Source: a virus | Virus record (IMG/VR): IMGVR_UViG_3300035099_000047 | Location: 108,228-172,227 of that record | Strand: one strand, 5' to 3' | Length of the DNA: 64,000 bases | The notes under the pieces: generated by a model | Database searches by the model: none | Seen by the model: only the letters and a program-made list of their open reading frames with translations | What the model was told of the DNA's origin: nothing | In this document: positions 56,718 to 64,000 of the stretch, piece after piece | Layout of the letters: the number at the start of each line of letters is the position of its first letter | How positions within the stretch are numbered: position 1 is the first letter of the stretch | Position numbers and translations under genes: made by a program

Positions 56718-57171
56718 CCACTCCCCTCGCTGTAACTTGAACATTACGGTCCTCTCTAGCCTTAAACTGGCGAGCGAACTTCCTTGCCTCCACATATTCC
56801 TTTTGCCGCCGCGTGCGTTCCAACTCTTCAGCCTTCTCGCGAGGACTCTTTTCACGTACTGGAGCCTTAGCAGAACGGGCCTCCTTCATCATCAAACTAA
56901 TCACGCGACGCTGAAAAAACTGATAATATATCTCTTGCAACACAGCCAAAGTCAAAAAGGACACAAACGCAAACATCACCACACACGATGCTACAGCCAA
57001 TGCTCCAGTCAACACTCCAAATGTGGCTCGAAACACCAAACCAAACTGCTCAGCTGGAGACTGAACCACCAAATTGGCAATCCAATCCCCCAGCAAGCCA
57101 TGGGATGCATATCCCACAGCGAACACAAGTGCAATTGCACACATCAATATCAGAGTCTGAATTACTTTCAT
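56611..57171 (-). CDS. Membrane protein
   Basis: Two long hydrophobic segments. Confidence 0.55.
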   Translation of the reverse strand: MKVIQTLILMCAIALVFAVGYASHGLLGDWIANLVVQSPAEQFGLVFRATFGVLTGALAVASCVVMFAFVSFLTLAVLQEIYYQFFQRRVISLMMKEARSAKAPVREKSPREKAEELERTRRQKEYVEARKFARQFKAREDRNVQVTARGVDGDGKVEVHPSQGQATAQADDAGHSNESDEAAGQE

Positions 57172-57512
57172 ACACTTTCCCTAACGTTCGGAGCAGAAGA
57201 AGGTGGGTTGGTATTTGGTGATTTTTCTTCAGGGAACGTATCCCCTATCAATCGGGGTTCCATTTGCTCTACCGAAGGTCTGGGCCCCATTGGACCCCTG
57301 CGGCCTCGCCCAGCCATAGTGGTGCACTGGGTACCTTTGATATTACCCAGGCGCAAAGCAGCCACCACCAGGGCATTGCCCACATGATAAGCCCCTTCCG
57401 CTGTCAAACCCACAGTCCAAGGGTGTCCTTGGCTCGGATCACCATCCACTATCAAACTCACCTGACCACGATCCCTATTATCTTGCACTCGAACTGTAGG
57501 CATTTTCAACAA
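57168..57512 (-). CDS. Hypothetical protein
   Basis: 114 aa; AGGAG RBS. Confidence 0.5.
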   Translation of the reverse strand: MLKMPTVRVQDNRDRGQVSLIVDGDPSQGHPWTVGLTAEGAYHVGNALVVAALRLGNIKGTQCTTMAGRGRRGPMGPRPSVEQMEPRLIGDTFPEEKSPNTNPPSSAPNVRESV

Positions 57513-57518
57513 CTCCTG

Positions 57519-57731
57519 TTACAAACGACGTTTGAACTGTTCTATCATCAAGTGGGCAGCCTTGACCCGAGCCAATCGGCGTTTCATCAACTCCTCAAAA
57601 TCATCCGCTCCAGTGCGGTCACTAACTGGTTCAAAATTGCACACCAACTCAAGCAATGGCAAATTGGTCAGCAACTTTTGAACTTCTTCTTCTGCACGAC
57701 TGGGATTGCTTGGAGATTTCGGAGGAGACAT
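57519..57731 (-). CDS. Hypothetical protein
   Basis: 70 aa. Confidence 0.5.
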   Translation of the reverse strand: MSPPKSPSNPSRAEEEVQKLLTNLPLLELVCNFEPVSDRTGADDFEELMKRRLARVKAAHLMIEQFKRRL

Positions 57732-57736
57732 GCTCT

Positions 57737-57940
57737 TTAACTTTCCATCAACAACTTCTTGCCCCCGCTACTTTCTTGAATTTTAGCCTTGGGGTATTCG
57801 GAAACTTGCTTGGTAACAGTGTCCAACACCTGGACTTTACCATCCGCAGTCTCACCAATTTTCTGAAACCTTTGTTGCCCCTGATCCGGCAACCCGCTGC
57901 TGGGCAGGTCCTCCCGCAAGGTCTTTTTCATCAATAACAT
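57737..57940 (-). CDS. Small hypothetical protein
   Basis: Strong AAAAGGAG RBS; overlaps the HU-like gene. Confidence 0.55.
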   Translation of the reverse strand: MLLMKKTLREDLPSSGLPDQGQQRFQKIGETADGKVQVLDTVTKQVSEYPKAKIQESSGGKKLLMES

Positions 57941-58244
57941 AGTCAATCTCCTTTTCAATTCGATCCCGTATAGAACTCAACTCCACCAATTCTAGCTTGT
58001 TACGGTAGTATTGGTGAAACTCAACATCTATCAGAGTATCCGTCAACTCTTTTTTTGTACGGCGATGGACCTGCTTGCGACGCAGATGGCTTACCAACTT
58101 GCCAAAATGTTCCAGCTTGACTTCATCTCCCACTGCCATTGCACGCTTAATAATATCTAGCAAACAGTCTAAATAAACCTCTGATTCTGCCAGCGTGATG
58201 CCCAATTTCTTGGACACTCGATTCACCAGTTCGTTGTAAGTCAT
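57852..58244 (-). CDS. HU/IHF-like DNA-binding protein
   Basis: MTYNELVNRVSKK...GDEVKLEHFGK. Confidence 0.8.
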   Translation of the reverse strand: MTYNELVNRVSKKLGITLAESEVYLDCLLDIIKRAMAVGDEVKLEHFGKLVSHLRRKQVHRRTKKELTDTLIDVEFHQYYRNKLELVELSSIRDRIEKEIDYVIDEKDLAGGPAQQRVAGSGATKVSENW

Positions 58245-60041
58245 TTATCCAACCACCAACTGGTTCACCAAGCTATCCAAGTTGACATTTGATTCAGATT
58301 TGTTAAGCCCACCTTTGGAATACCTGGGGACCACCAATTCCTGAAACAAACGACGGGCTACAGTCAAAAAGGTATCAAAATGGTTATCCAGGTACTCGAT
58401 AAACTCAATTGCATCCCGAACTTGGTTCTCATTCTGCCCTAAATTAAGGGAAAAACTCATCTCCATGAATACATTGTCTCTTCTGTCCGTCCTAAAAGAA
58501 AAATACGGTTTGATATCAAACTTGCCAGAAAACCGTTTCTGGTGCAGCTCCGGCTCACCCCAAAACAATCGCTGTCTACGGGCTTGAATAGTGTAGTTTC
58601 GGGCCTGACGCTCCGCCTGCTCATTCAGTGATGGCAACAATTCATCCACAAATTCCTTGAACCCAGGATCTGTGTCGCGTATGGGTACAGCGTACCCTCC
58701 ACGGTGGAAATAATCTCGCGGCAATTCTCCCACCAACACTGGTTCAACAGTCCAAACCTCTATTGCATGAGTACTCCTAAACCCACGAGTGGCATCTCTG
58801 TACCAATTGAAATGCTTAAACTGGTCTTCGTCCCATGCTTCTTCTGTTCTACCATATCCCATTGCTTTGCTAACAGGGTGAGTAACCTCAGCATACTCAT
58901 TCTCTATCAAAATAGCACGAACTCCAGCTATGAAAGCCTCCCGGTTATCCTCCACATCCCTTGCCAACCAAGCTGCAAAATCCCTAAACTGGTCTGGTTC
59001 ACCACGCATGTCTTCGTCTCGCAAATCGACTACAACTCTTACACCAGTTACCATCCCCCTTTCTACAGTCTCTAGAATCTCAACCTGTTCCACCCCCCAA
59101 ATGTCCAAATCATGACACAAATCCTCAATAGTCCGTTCCAACGCTCTCCTATCCAGACTTCGCCAATCTAGGAATTCCTCCTTCATTTCCATCGGTATGT
59201 CTGCCGCAACACCCCCAGAATACCACACGTAAGGTTCATTCTCTCCAATATCCTCAATTTCATAACTGGCGAAAGCAAAATGCAAATCTCTCAAATAGTC
59301 ATTTTCAACCCGTGCACACTCCTCTTCATATGCATCCCACTTATCTTCACCTCCAATCCAATCCTCCCACTGTTTCAAACGTTTTTCGTCCTCTTCACTA
59401 GGCTTGATCAGCTCGGCTATTCTATTTTCTGGGTTTCTTACCTCACTGTTATCCGCTCTCCTGACTTCGTTAAAGTCTGCGGTAAACTGAATGAAAGGTT
59501 TACCATTCTTCATCACGATATAAAGGGCCCCATAATCGTGCAAGTAATCCTCTGCCTTACAACCCCTTGGATAGCTCCTGCGCGTGCACCAGCTAGTACC
59601 TTCTCCCAATGATTTCAAACTTTCTGCATCAGTAACCTTCAAAAGCACGTAAGGAGGGTCCCGCCTGACCACCTCTACCCCAGGCATTTGGCTGTACCCA
59701 ACGGCGCCAATAGCATCCACCAAATCTGCAAAATTAGGATACCGATGAATGTCAGGACTGATCTTAACCCCTCGCTCTCTCTTCAACTCGGTGAAACGAT
59801 GCAACAATTGTTTTACCTTGTCTTTGTCCTCCGGCAAGCTGATTTGTTTATTCACCCATTGTTTCAAAACCCACACATCGTATTTATGACCCAACGTGGG
59901 ATCAGCATCACTGATAGCTTGAACAATATCCTGCTCCGACAAACCCAACACCCGTTGAGCCTTGGCCATCATTCCTGGCTGAATGGCCTCCCCCAGCAAA
60001 TGACTTACCAAGTCATTCAATTGCTCTCGTTTCAAGGCCAT
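58245..60041 (-). CDS. Family C (PcfJ-like) multidomain protein, tagged at both ends
   Basis: LNDLVSHLLGE; DADPT; LGEGTSWCTR; ends KSES-NVNLDSLVNQLVVG. Confidence 0.65.
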   Translation of the reverse strand: MALKREQLNDLVSHLLGEAIQPGMMAKAQRVLGLSEQDIVQAISDADPTLGHKYDVWVLKQWVNKQISLPEDKDKVKQLLHRFTELKRERGVKISPDIHRYPNFADLVDAIGAVGYSQMPGVEVVRRDPPYVLLKVTDAESLKSLGEGTSWCTRRSYPRGCKAEDYLHDYGALYIVMKNGKPFIQFTADFNEVRRADNSEVRNPENRIAELIKPSEEDEKRLKQWEDWIGGEDKWDAYEEECARVENDYLRDLHFAFASYEIEDIGENEPYVWYSGGVAADIPMEMKEEFLDWRSLDRRALERTIEDLCHDLDIWGVEQVEILETVERGMVTGVRVVVDLRDEDMRGEPDQFRDFAAWLARDVEDNREAFIAGVRAILIENEYAEVTHPVSKAMGYGRTEEAWDEDQFKHFNWYRDATRGFRSTHAIEVWTVEPVLVGELPRDYFHRGGYAVPIRDTDPGFKEFVDELLPSLNEQAERQARNYTIQARRQRLFWGEPELHQKRFSGKFDIKPYFSFRTDRRDNVFMEMSFSLNLGQNENQVRDAIEFIEYLDNHFDTFLTVARRLFQELVVPRYSKGGLNKSESNVNLDSLVNQLVVG

Positions 60042-60117
60042 GCCGTTACCCATTGAGGTGAAGCCATATCACACTTGCGCACTACCCGGCCAAAAACCAA
60101 GAGCCCACTAACATAAA

Positions 60118-62607
60118 TCACTCCATCGCTGGTAACAATTCATTCACTGCGCTACTACGAGTATTTTGATCCACAGACTCGGCCAGCAACTTCACCTGGC
60201 TCAAGAACTCTGGACCCAACGCTGTGATCAAAGTTTCCTCTTCAGTGGGAGTCAGTGGTTCCCCTTCCATACCAGGCACCCCAGGTACAGGCTCCCCTTC
60301 TTCAGGTGGCGGAGCACCTTGTTTGGGTAATTGCAATGGAGCGTTTTGGTCAATAAACTGATCCAGAAAGTTTTTACTCAATCCGCCAAACTTCCAGAGC
60401 AGCCAACTGACCCAACGCTTTTTATCCAATCCCTCCACATCCGTAAGCACCCGACTGATGGAGTCGATGGCCCGACTGCGAAGGTCAAACACTTCCAGGC
60501 GTTCCATCTCGTCCAGGTACGAGATGGGAGCCATGCAGACCTCGAACTCATTGGCAGGGTCCGTTGGATCAATACCCTTGAGAGCCATGTGGACTTGACA
60601 AAGGCGAACTAGCCCTCGTGTTGCAGCTTTCTGGCCAGCTTTTCCGGATCTGGCCCAACGGATGTCTTGACGCCCTAGAGTTTTGCCGTTATCAATGACC
60701 GCTCCACCTTCTTCTTTCATACCGAAATAGCTGGGAGGTGCTCTAAGGGCAGCAAAAAGCCTCTTGACCAAAAGTTCATAGTCATGAATTTCGCCGATAT
60801 TTGCACTTCCAGCTTGTTTTTCAATACGACTGTTGGATCCCTCTTTAGTAGGCCAGAAAAAATCTTGGTCTACTGAATTGCCTGTAAACACTTCAGATAC
60901 CTCGCCGCCCCGTTCACAACGCACAGCAAAGTTGTGATAACCGACCACGCTTAAACAATGAACTTCAGCAACCACCCCCAAGTATTCAACAGAAACCACC
61001 TTATGATCCACTCCGGCAGGCCATGATTCAAAACTGTCACCAGGTTGCAACCCAATAGCTTTCCGTTTAACCCCACCCTTCAAAATCCATTCATGGTTAG
61101 ATGTGCAATCATAGAATGATCCATCATCCAAAGTCACCCGGTACACTGGGCAACCAGTACCAACCACTCCCAAGTGAGTAGCTTCACCCTCCACAATGCA
61201 ATTGTTCCGTTTGTCAAACGAGTACACAGAAAATGACCTGTTTGTACCGTACTCATCCAATATCTGTTGCAAGGTCAAATTGCGACCATCTACCAATGGA
61301 ACGATGGTATTTGGAGTGAGACACCAGGGATTGTAATCCACTCTCAACCGTCCTTGATCCGGCTGGTACAACACCTGCTTTTTGAGCGCCCTGCGCCACA
61401 TGCGCAGGATTTCCACGGATTCGCTGGCTGATGCTTCACCACAATCCACGTAGAATATGAAACGGTCAGGGGCCATCTTGAGCCTGTACATGATAATGCT
61501 GTCTTCAACCATTTGCAGCTTACGCCACAACCTACGTGCTGGCCTGCAAAGGGAATCCCCATAAGTCTGATCCGGCCGTAACCTCCCAATAGCCCGAAAG
61601 AAATGAATGAAATCCCATGGATTGTACAGTATACTTTCACTGCGCATTTCCAATGTACTGTCAATAGTAAAACCTCGCATTCGGCCTTTCTCTTCAACTC
61701 GAAACACCCGCTGGGGCTCATAGTATTCCAATGCAATTATCCCTTCACCCCGACGGTACCAATTCCTCAAAAAGCAATCTCCATACTTGGCTGCTTCACG
61801 AATGATACTAGCTACTCGATCCTCAATCTCCAACTTGTCAAACAACTTGGTCAACAGTTTTACCACGTCTTGATTCTCACTGGAAATCCAAACAATTCGG
61901 CCACTGATCATGTCTGGCTGGGTGCAATCTTCTGCCATGGCATCCAACACCGCACTCACTAAATCATCGAAATCCATTTCTGTATTCTTCACAAACACAC
62001 CAGCAGACAAAGCAAAATTGTGATATTTGTCCACGGTAATGTTGTAAATATCTGCAAGGCCAGCTGGTTCCACAGAAATGACCTTGTGATTAGTTGGTTG
62101 CAAGTATCCGGACCCAATTGGCATCAAGCTGTCACCTGCTTGCAGCTGATCTGCTCGTCTGTATTCCCCTTCTTTGAACAAAAATGGATGATTTGGAGTG
62201 CAACGGATTGACTCTCCATTATCCAAAGTAACCTTGACAATGGGTCGGTTGATTCCGGTTTTGTATAACCTTATTACCTTGCCTGGCACCACTTTCCGTG
62301 TTTTCAAATCATAAGAATAAACCCAAATATCTCCATCCAAATCAAACAATTCTCCTATGGTTTTTTCCGTCCCGTTCAACAGGGAAATTTTGGTGTCTTC
62401 GGTCAGGCAATAATCCCTATAAGCCTCCAGCCTTTCCCTAGTGATTTGAACCTTATTCCTGTAAAACTCCCAAATACTAGGGGTGCTCGGGCTTTCCCTT
62501 TCAAACCTCGCGGGATCAATTCCATACCGCTCTGGCCGTCTGGGGGCAGCAAACACCTTGCTAAGCAAACCGACTGGATTCAATTGCAAGAAGTCCATAT
62601 CACTCAA
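60118..62607 (-). CDS. gp20: Portal vertex protein (T4 gp20 family) with two inteins
   Basis: ARRLWRKLQMVEDSIIMYRLKMAPDRFIFYVDCG, DFFWP, LFAALRAPPSYF; spliced length 829-142-149 = 538 aa. Confidence 0.93.
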   Translation of the reverse strand: MSDMDFLQLNPVGLLSKVFAAPRRPERYGIDPARFERESPSTPSIWEFYRNKVQITRERLEAYRDYCLTEDTKISLLNGTEKTIGELFDLDGDIWVYSYDLKTRKVVPGKVIRLYKTGINRPIVKVTLDNGESIRCTPNHPFLFKEGEYRRADQLQAGDSLMPIGSGYLQPTNHKVISVEPAGLADIYNITVDKYHNFALSAGVFVKNTEMDFDDLVSAVLDAMAEDCTQPDMISGRIVWISSENQDVVKLLTKLFDKLEIEDRVASIIREAAKYGDCFLRNWYRRGEGIIALEYYEPQRVFRVEEKGRMRGFTIDSTLEMRSESILYNPWDFIHFFRAIGRLRPDQTYGDSLCRPARRLWRKLQMVEDSIIMYRLKMAPDRFIFYVDCGEASASESVEILRMWRRALKKQVLYQPDQGRLRVDYNPWCLTPNTIVPLVDGRNLTLQQILDEYGTNRSFSVYSFDKRNNCIVEGEATHLGVVGTGCPVYRVTLDDGSFYDCTSNHEWILKGGVKRKAIGLQPGDSFESWPAGVDHKVVSVEYLGVVAEVHCLSVVGYHNFAVRCERGGEVSEVFTGNSVDQDFFWPTKEGSNSRIEKQAGSANIGEIHDYELLVKRLFAALRAPPSYFGMKEEGGAVIDNGKTLGRQDIRWARSGKAGQKAATRGLVRLCQVHMALKGIDPTDPANEFEVCMAPISYLDEMERLEVFDLRSRAIDSISRVLTDVEGLDKKRWVSWLLWKFGGLSKNFLDQFIDQNAPLQLPKQGAPPPEEGEPVPGVPGMEGEPLTPTEEETLITALGPEFLSQVKLLAESVDQNTRSSAVNELLPAME
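60877..61323 (-). mobile_element. Mini-intein 2 in portal (149 aa)
   Basis: CLTPNT...CTSNH...HNFAV...VFTGN|S. Confidence 0.88.
61984..62409 (-). mobile_element. Mini-intein 1 in portal (142 aa)
   Basis: CLTEDT...CTPNH...HNFAL..GVFVKN|T. Confidence 0.9.
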
Positions 62608-62851
62608 CTCCCACTAGCAAACCGTTCAGTTTGCCCCCCAGATACTTACTCAAAGCAATCAAGTGATCCAAAGTCAAATCGGACTCTGTTTGTTGCAATT
62701 CACAAGGGTCATCGCAGTGTTTACCCAAACAGCCAATTCTTTGCTTGCGAGGGTAGTCAGATTCACATTCTCCACTCTCACCTATGCAATCCCGGCGACA
62801 ACGATTGCAAACAAAAGAATGACGCAACTTGTACTCTACCTTCATGGCCAA
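62600..62851 (-). CDS. Small Cys-rich protein
   Basis: CNRC...C...C...C. Confidence 0.5.
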   Translation of the reverse strand: MAMKVEYKLRHSFVCNRCRRDCIGESGECESDYPRKQRIGCLGKHCDDPCELQQTESDLTLDHLIALSKYLGGKLNGLLVGVE

Positions 62852-63321
62852 TTACCCATCAAATCCCAAACCCTCAATTGCTGATCCCCCCTTAACAAAG
62901 CGGAAATAAACCTACCTACCCCAAACACTATCTCCCCATTTATTCTCACAGATGGACTAGCTGTACCTCCAGAAAACTGCTTGGCCACCTTCTCAAACCT
63001 GCTAGGATCTGGATCATAAACCTCACCTGGAACCACATTCAATCCCCACTGTCGATTTATCCGTTCCACCACGTTACTAGGACATCTAGCTATAGAATCC
63101 AAATTACCTTGATTTTTCAACAATTCTAACATTTTCACTGGTACCGGGTTGGGATTCAACAATTTCCAAGATTTCACCCAATCCAAGTCTTCTTTAGTAA
63201 ACTGAGGCCTCTCTATCACTATTTCCTTTTGCAACTCCGGGGGGAAACGGTCCAGGTTTCGTGTCCATTCTTCCTGGTCTTGATCCCGGATAATTTGATC
63301 CACGGCTTCTTCAAATCGCAT
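62842..63321 (-). CDS. ParB/Srx-like hypothetical protein, tagged
   Basis: MRFEEAVDQII; PSV.ING.I..G.GR..SALLRG. Confidence 0.5.
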   Translation of the reverse strand: MRFEEAVDQIIRDQDQEEWTRNLDRFPPELQKEIVIERPQFTKEDLDWVKSWKLLNPNPVPVKMLELLKNQGNLDSIARCPSNVVERINRQWGLNVVPGEVYDPDPSRFEKVAKQFSGGTASPSVRINGEIVFGVGRFISALLRGDQQLRVWDLMGNWP

Positions 63322-63412
63322 CCCAACTCACCTCACAATTCCATTACAGCAACCTCCTTACTGCTTGCCAAACTACAAACTTCAAATCATTGATCGTCCT
63401 CCGGATACAGCT

Positions 63413-63841
63413 TCAATCTATATCAAACTTCTTTTGTTTGCACTTAGGACAAGTTGCCCTTTTTCTGGCTTTTTTCCATGAGGCATAGGTCCACCACCTT
63501 TGCTGCACAAACAACTTCCATTCCTTCACAACTTCCAACCACAACCACTGCCACGAGAACACGCCCGTCGCACCCTTGCTGCTTTGTTCATAAGCAGATA
63601 CAGGTTTAAGCGACCAAGCAACGTCCTTGTTATATCGTTGAGGTGTAAATGCAGCCCTGCGCCGGTAAATCGCCACACCTGTATATTTGACTAGATCGTC
63701 TATCAACCAACCATCCAGTTCCATCCAGCGAGGGCGAATCAGCCACTTAGCACAATCCCAAAGTTTGGTCAGCGGATTGTACCGCCAATTCCAAAAATCG
63801 TCTTGAGACCAACCGCAGGCATGACAATGCAGATAGGCCAT
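63413..63841 (-). CDS. Zinc-ribbon protein
   Basis: HCHACGWSQDDFW...CPKC; ATG overlaps the upstream TAA. Confidence 0.6.
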   Translation of the reverse strand: MAYLHCHACGWSQDDFWNWRYNPLTKLWDCAKWLIRPRWMELDGWLIDDLVKYTGVAIYRRRAAFTPQRYNKDVAWSLKPVSAYEQSSKGATGVFSWQWLWLEVVKEWKLFVQQRWWTYASWKKARKRATCPKCKQKKFDID

Positions 63842-64000
63842 TAGCCTTGCCCCCTTTCTGAACACGGGCACTCCGAAACCACTGGCGACAGACATCGCCC
63901 GCACTTCGGACAAATCCAACCCGGAAATGTCCTTGCCGGATCGCAGTGCGGACAGTACGGGCCCGAGCCGTTCACGAATACGCCACCGTTTATCGGCAGC
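63841..64000 (-). CDS. Cys-rich small protein, 3' part (5' end outside window)
   Basis: ...YCPHC...GWICPKCGRCLSPVVSECPC...*. Confidence 0.55.
   Translation of the reverse strand, partial: LPINGGVFVNGSGPYCPHCDPARTFPGWICPKCGRCLSPVVSECPCSERGQG

Noticed and set aside
58200-58244. MTYNELVNRV as a tag copy
   Set aside because: It is the normal first helix of HU/IHF proteins.
2-63694. Numerous plus-strand ORFs in the track
   Set aside because: They are antisense shadows of densely packed minus-strand genes, with no recognisable motifs.
1-64000. Alternative genetic code (stop-codon reassignment)
   Set aside because: Long genes are intact under the standard code, and TGA, TAG and TAA all end genes with tight coupling. 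Only isolated in-frame stops were seen.
1-64000. tRNA or rRNA genes
   Set aside because: Intergenic gaps are short and none showed a cloverleaf or rRNA-like sequence by eye; tRNAscan would be decisive.

Overview
This window is a fragment of a large T4-like (myovirus/jumbo-type) bacteriophage genome. Essentially every credible gene is on the minus strand, tightly packed and often joined by ATGA/TGATG overlaps. Read in transcription order from right to left, it holds: a portal protein (gp20-like, two mini-inteins); an HU-like protein; a tail/fibre module; a stand-alone TnpB; a block of small enzymes (ATP-grasp, CX5R phosphatase, HD-like, HAD); a papain/amidase/thioredoxin/holin-like block; a glycan-modification cluster of about 16 genes with an embedded sigma-70 factor; acidic scaffold-like proteins; a prohead protease fused to a coiled-coil tail (gp21-like); the major capsid protein (gp23-like); and a neck protein (gp13-like, with an intein, truncated at the window edge and absent from the ORF track). 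The most striking unexplained signal is a ~13-residue amphipathic peptide, consensus M-x-x-F-E-[QEK]-A-V-[NDE]-[QRH]-L-[LV]-E. It occurs at the N-terminus of about 30 otherwise unrelated ORFs, and after an 'ES' dipeptide at the C-terminus of four ORFs. It is absent from the glycan, tail and lysis genes. I infer a genome-wide, protease-removable capsid-targeting tag that loads a shuffled cargo of enzymes and paralog families into the head. All family assignments come from motif recognition by eye; no database searches were run.
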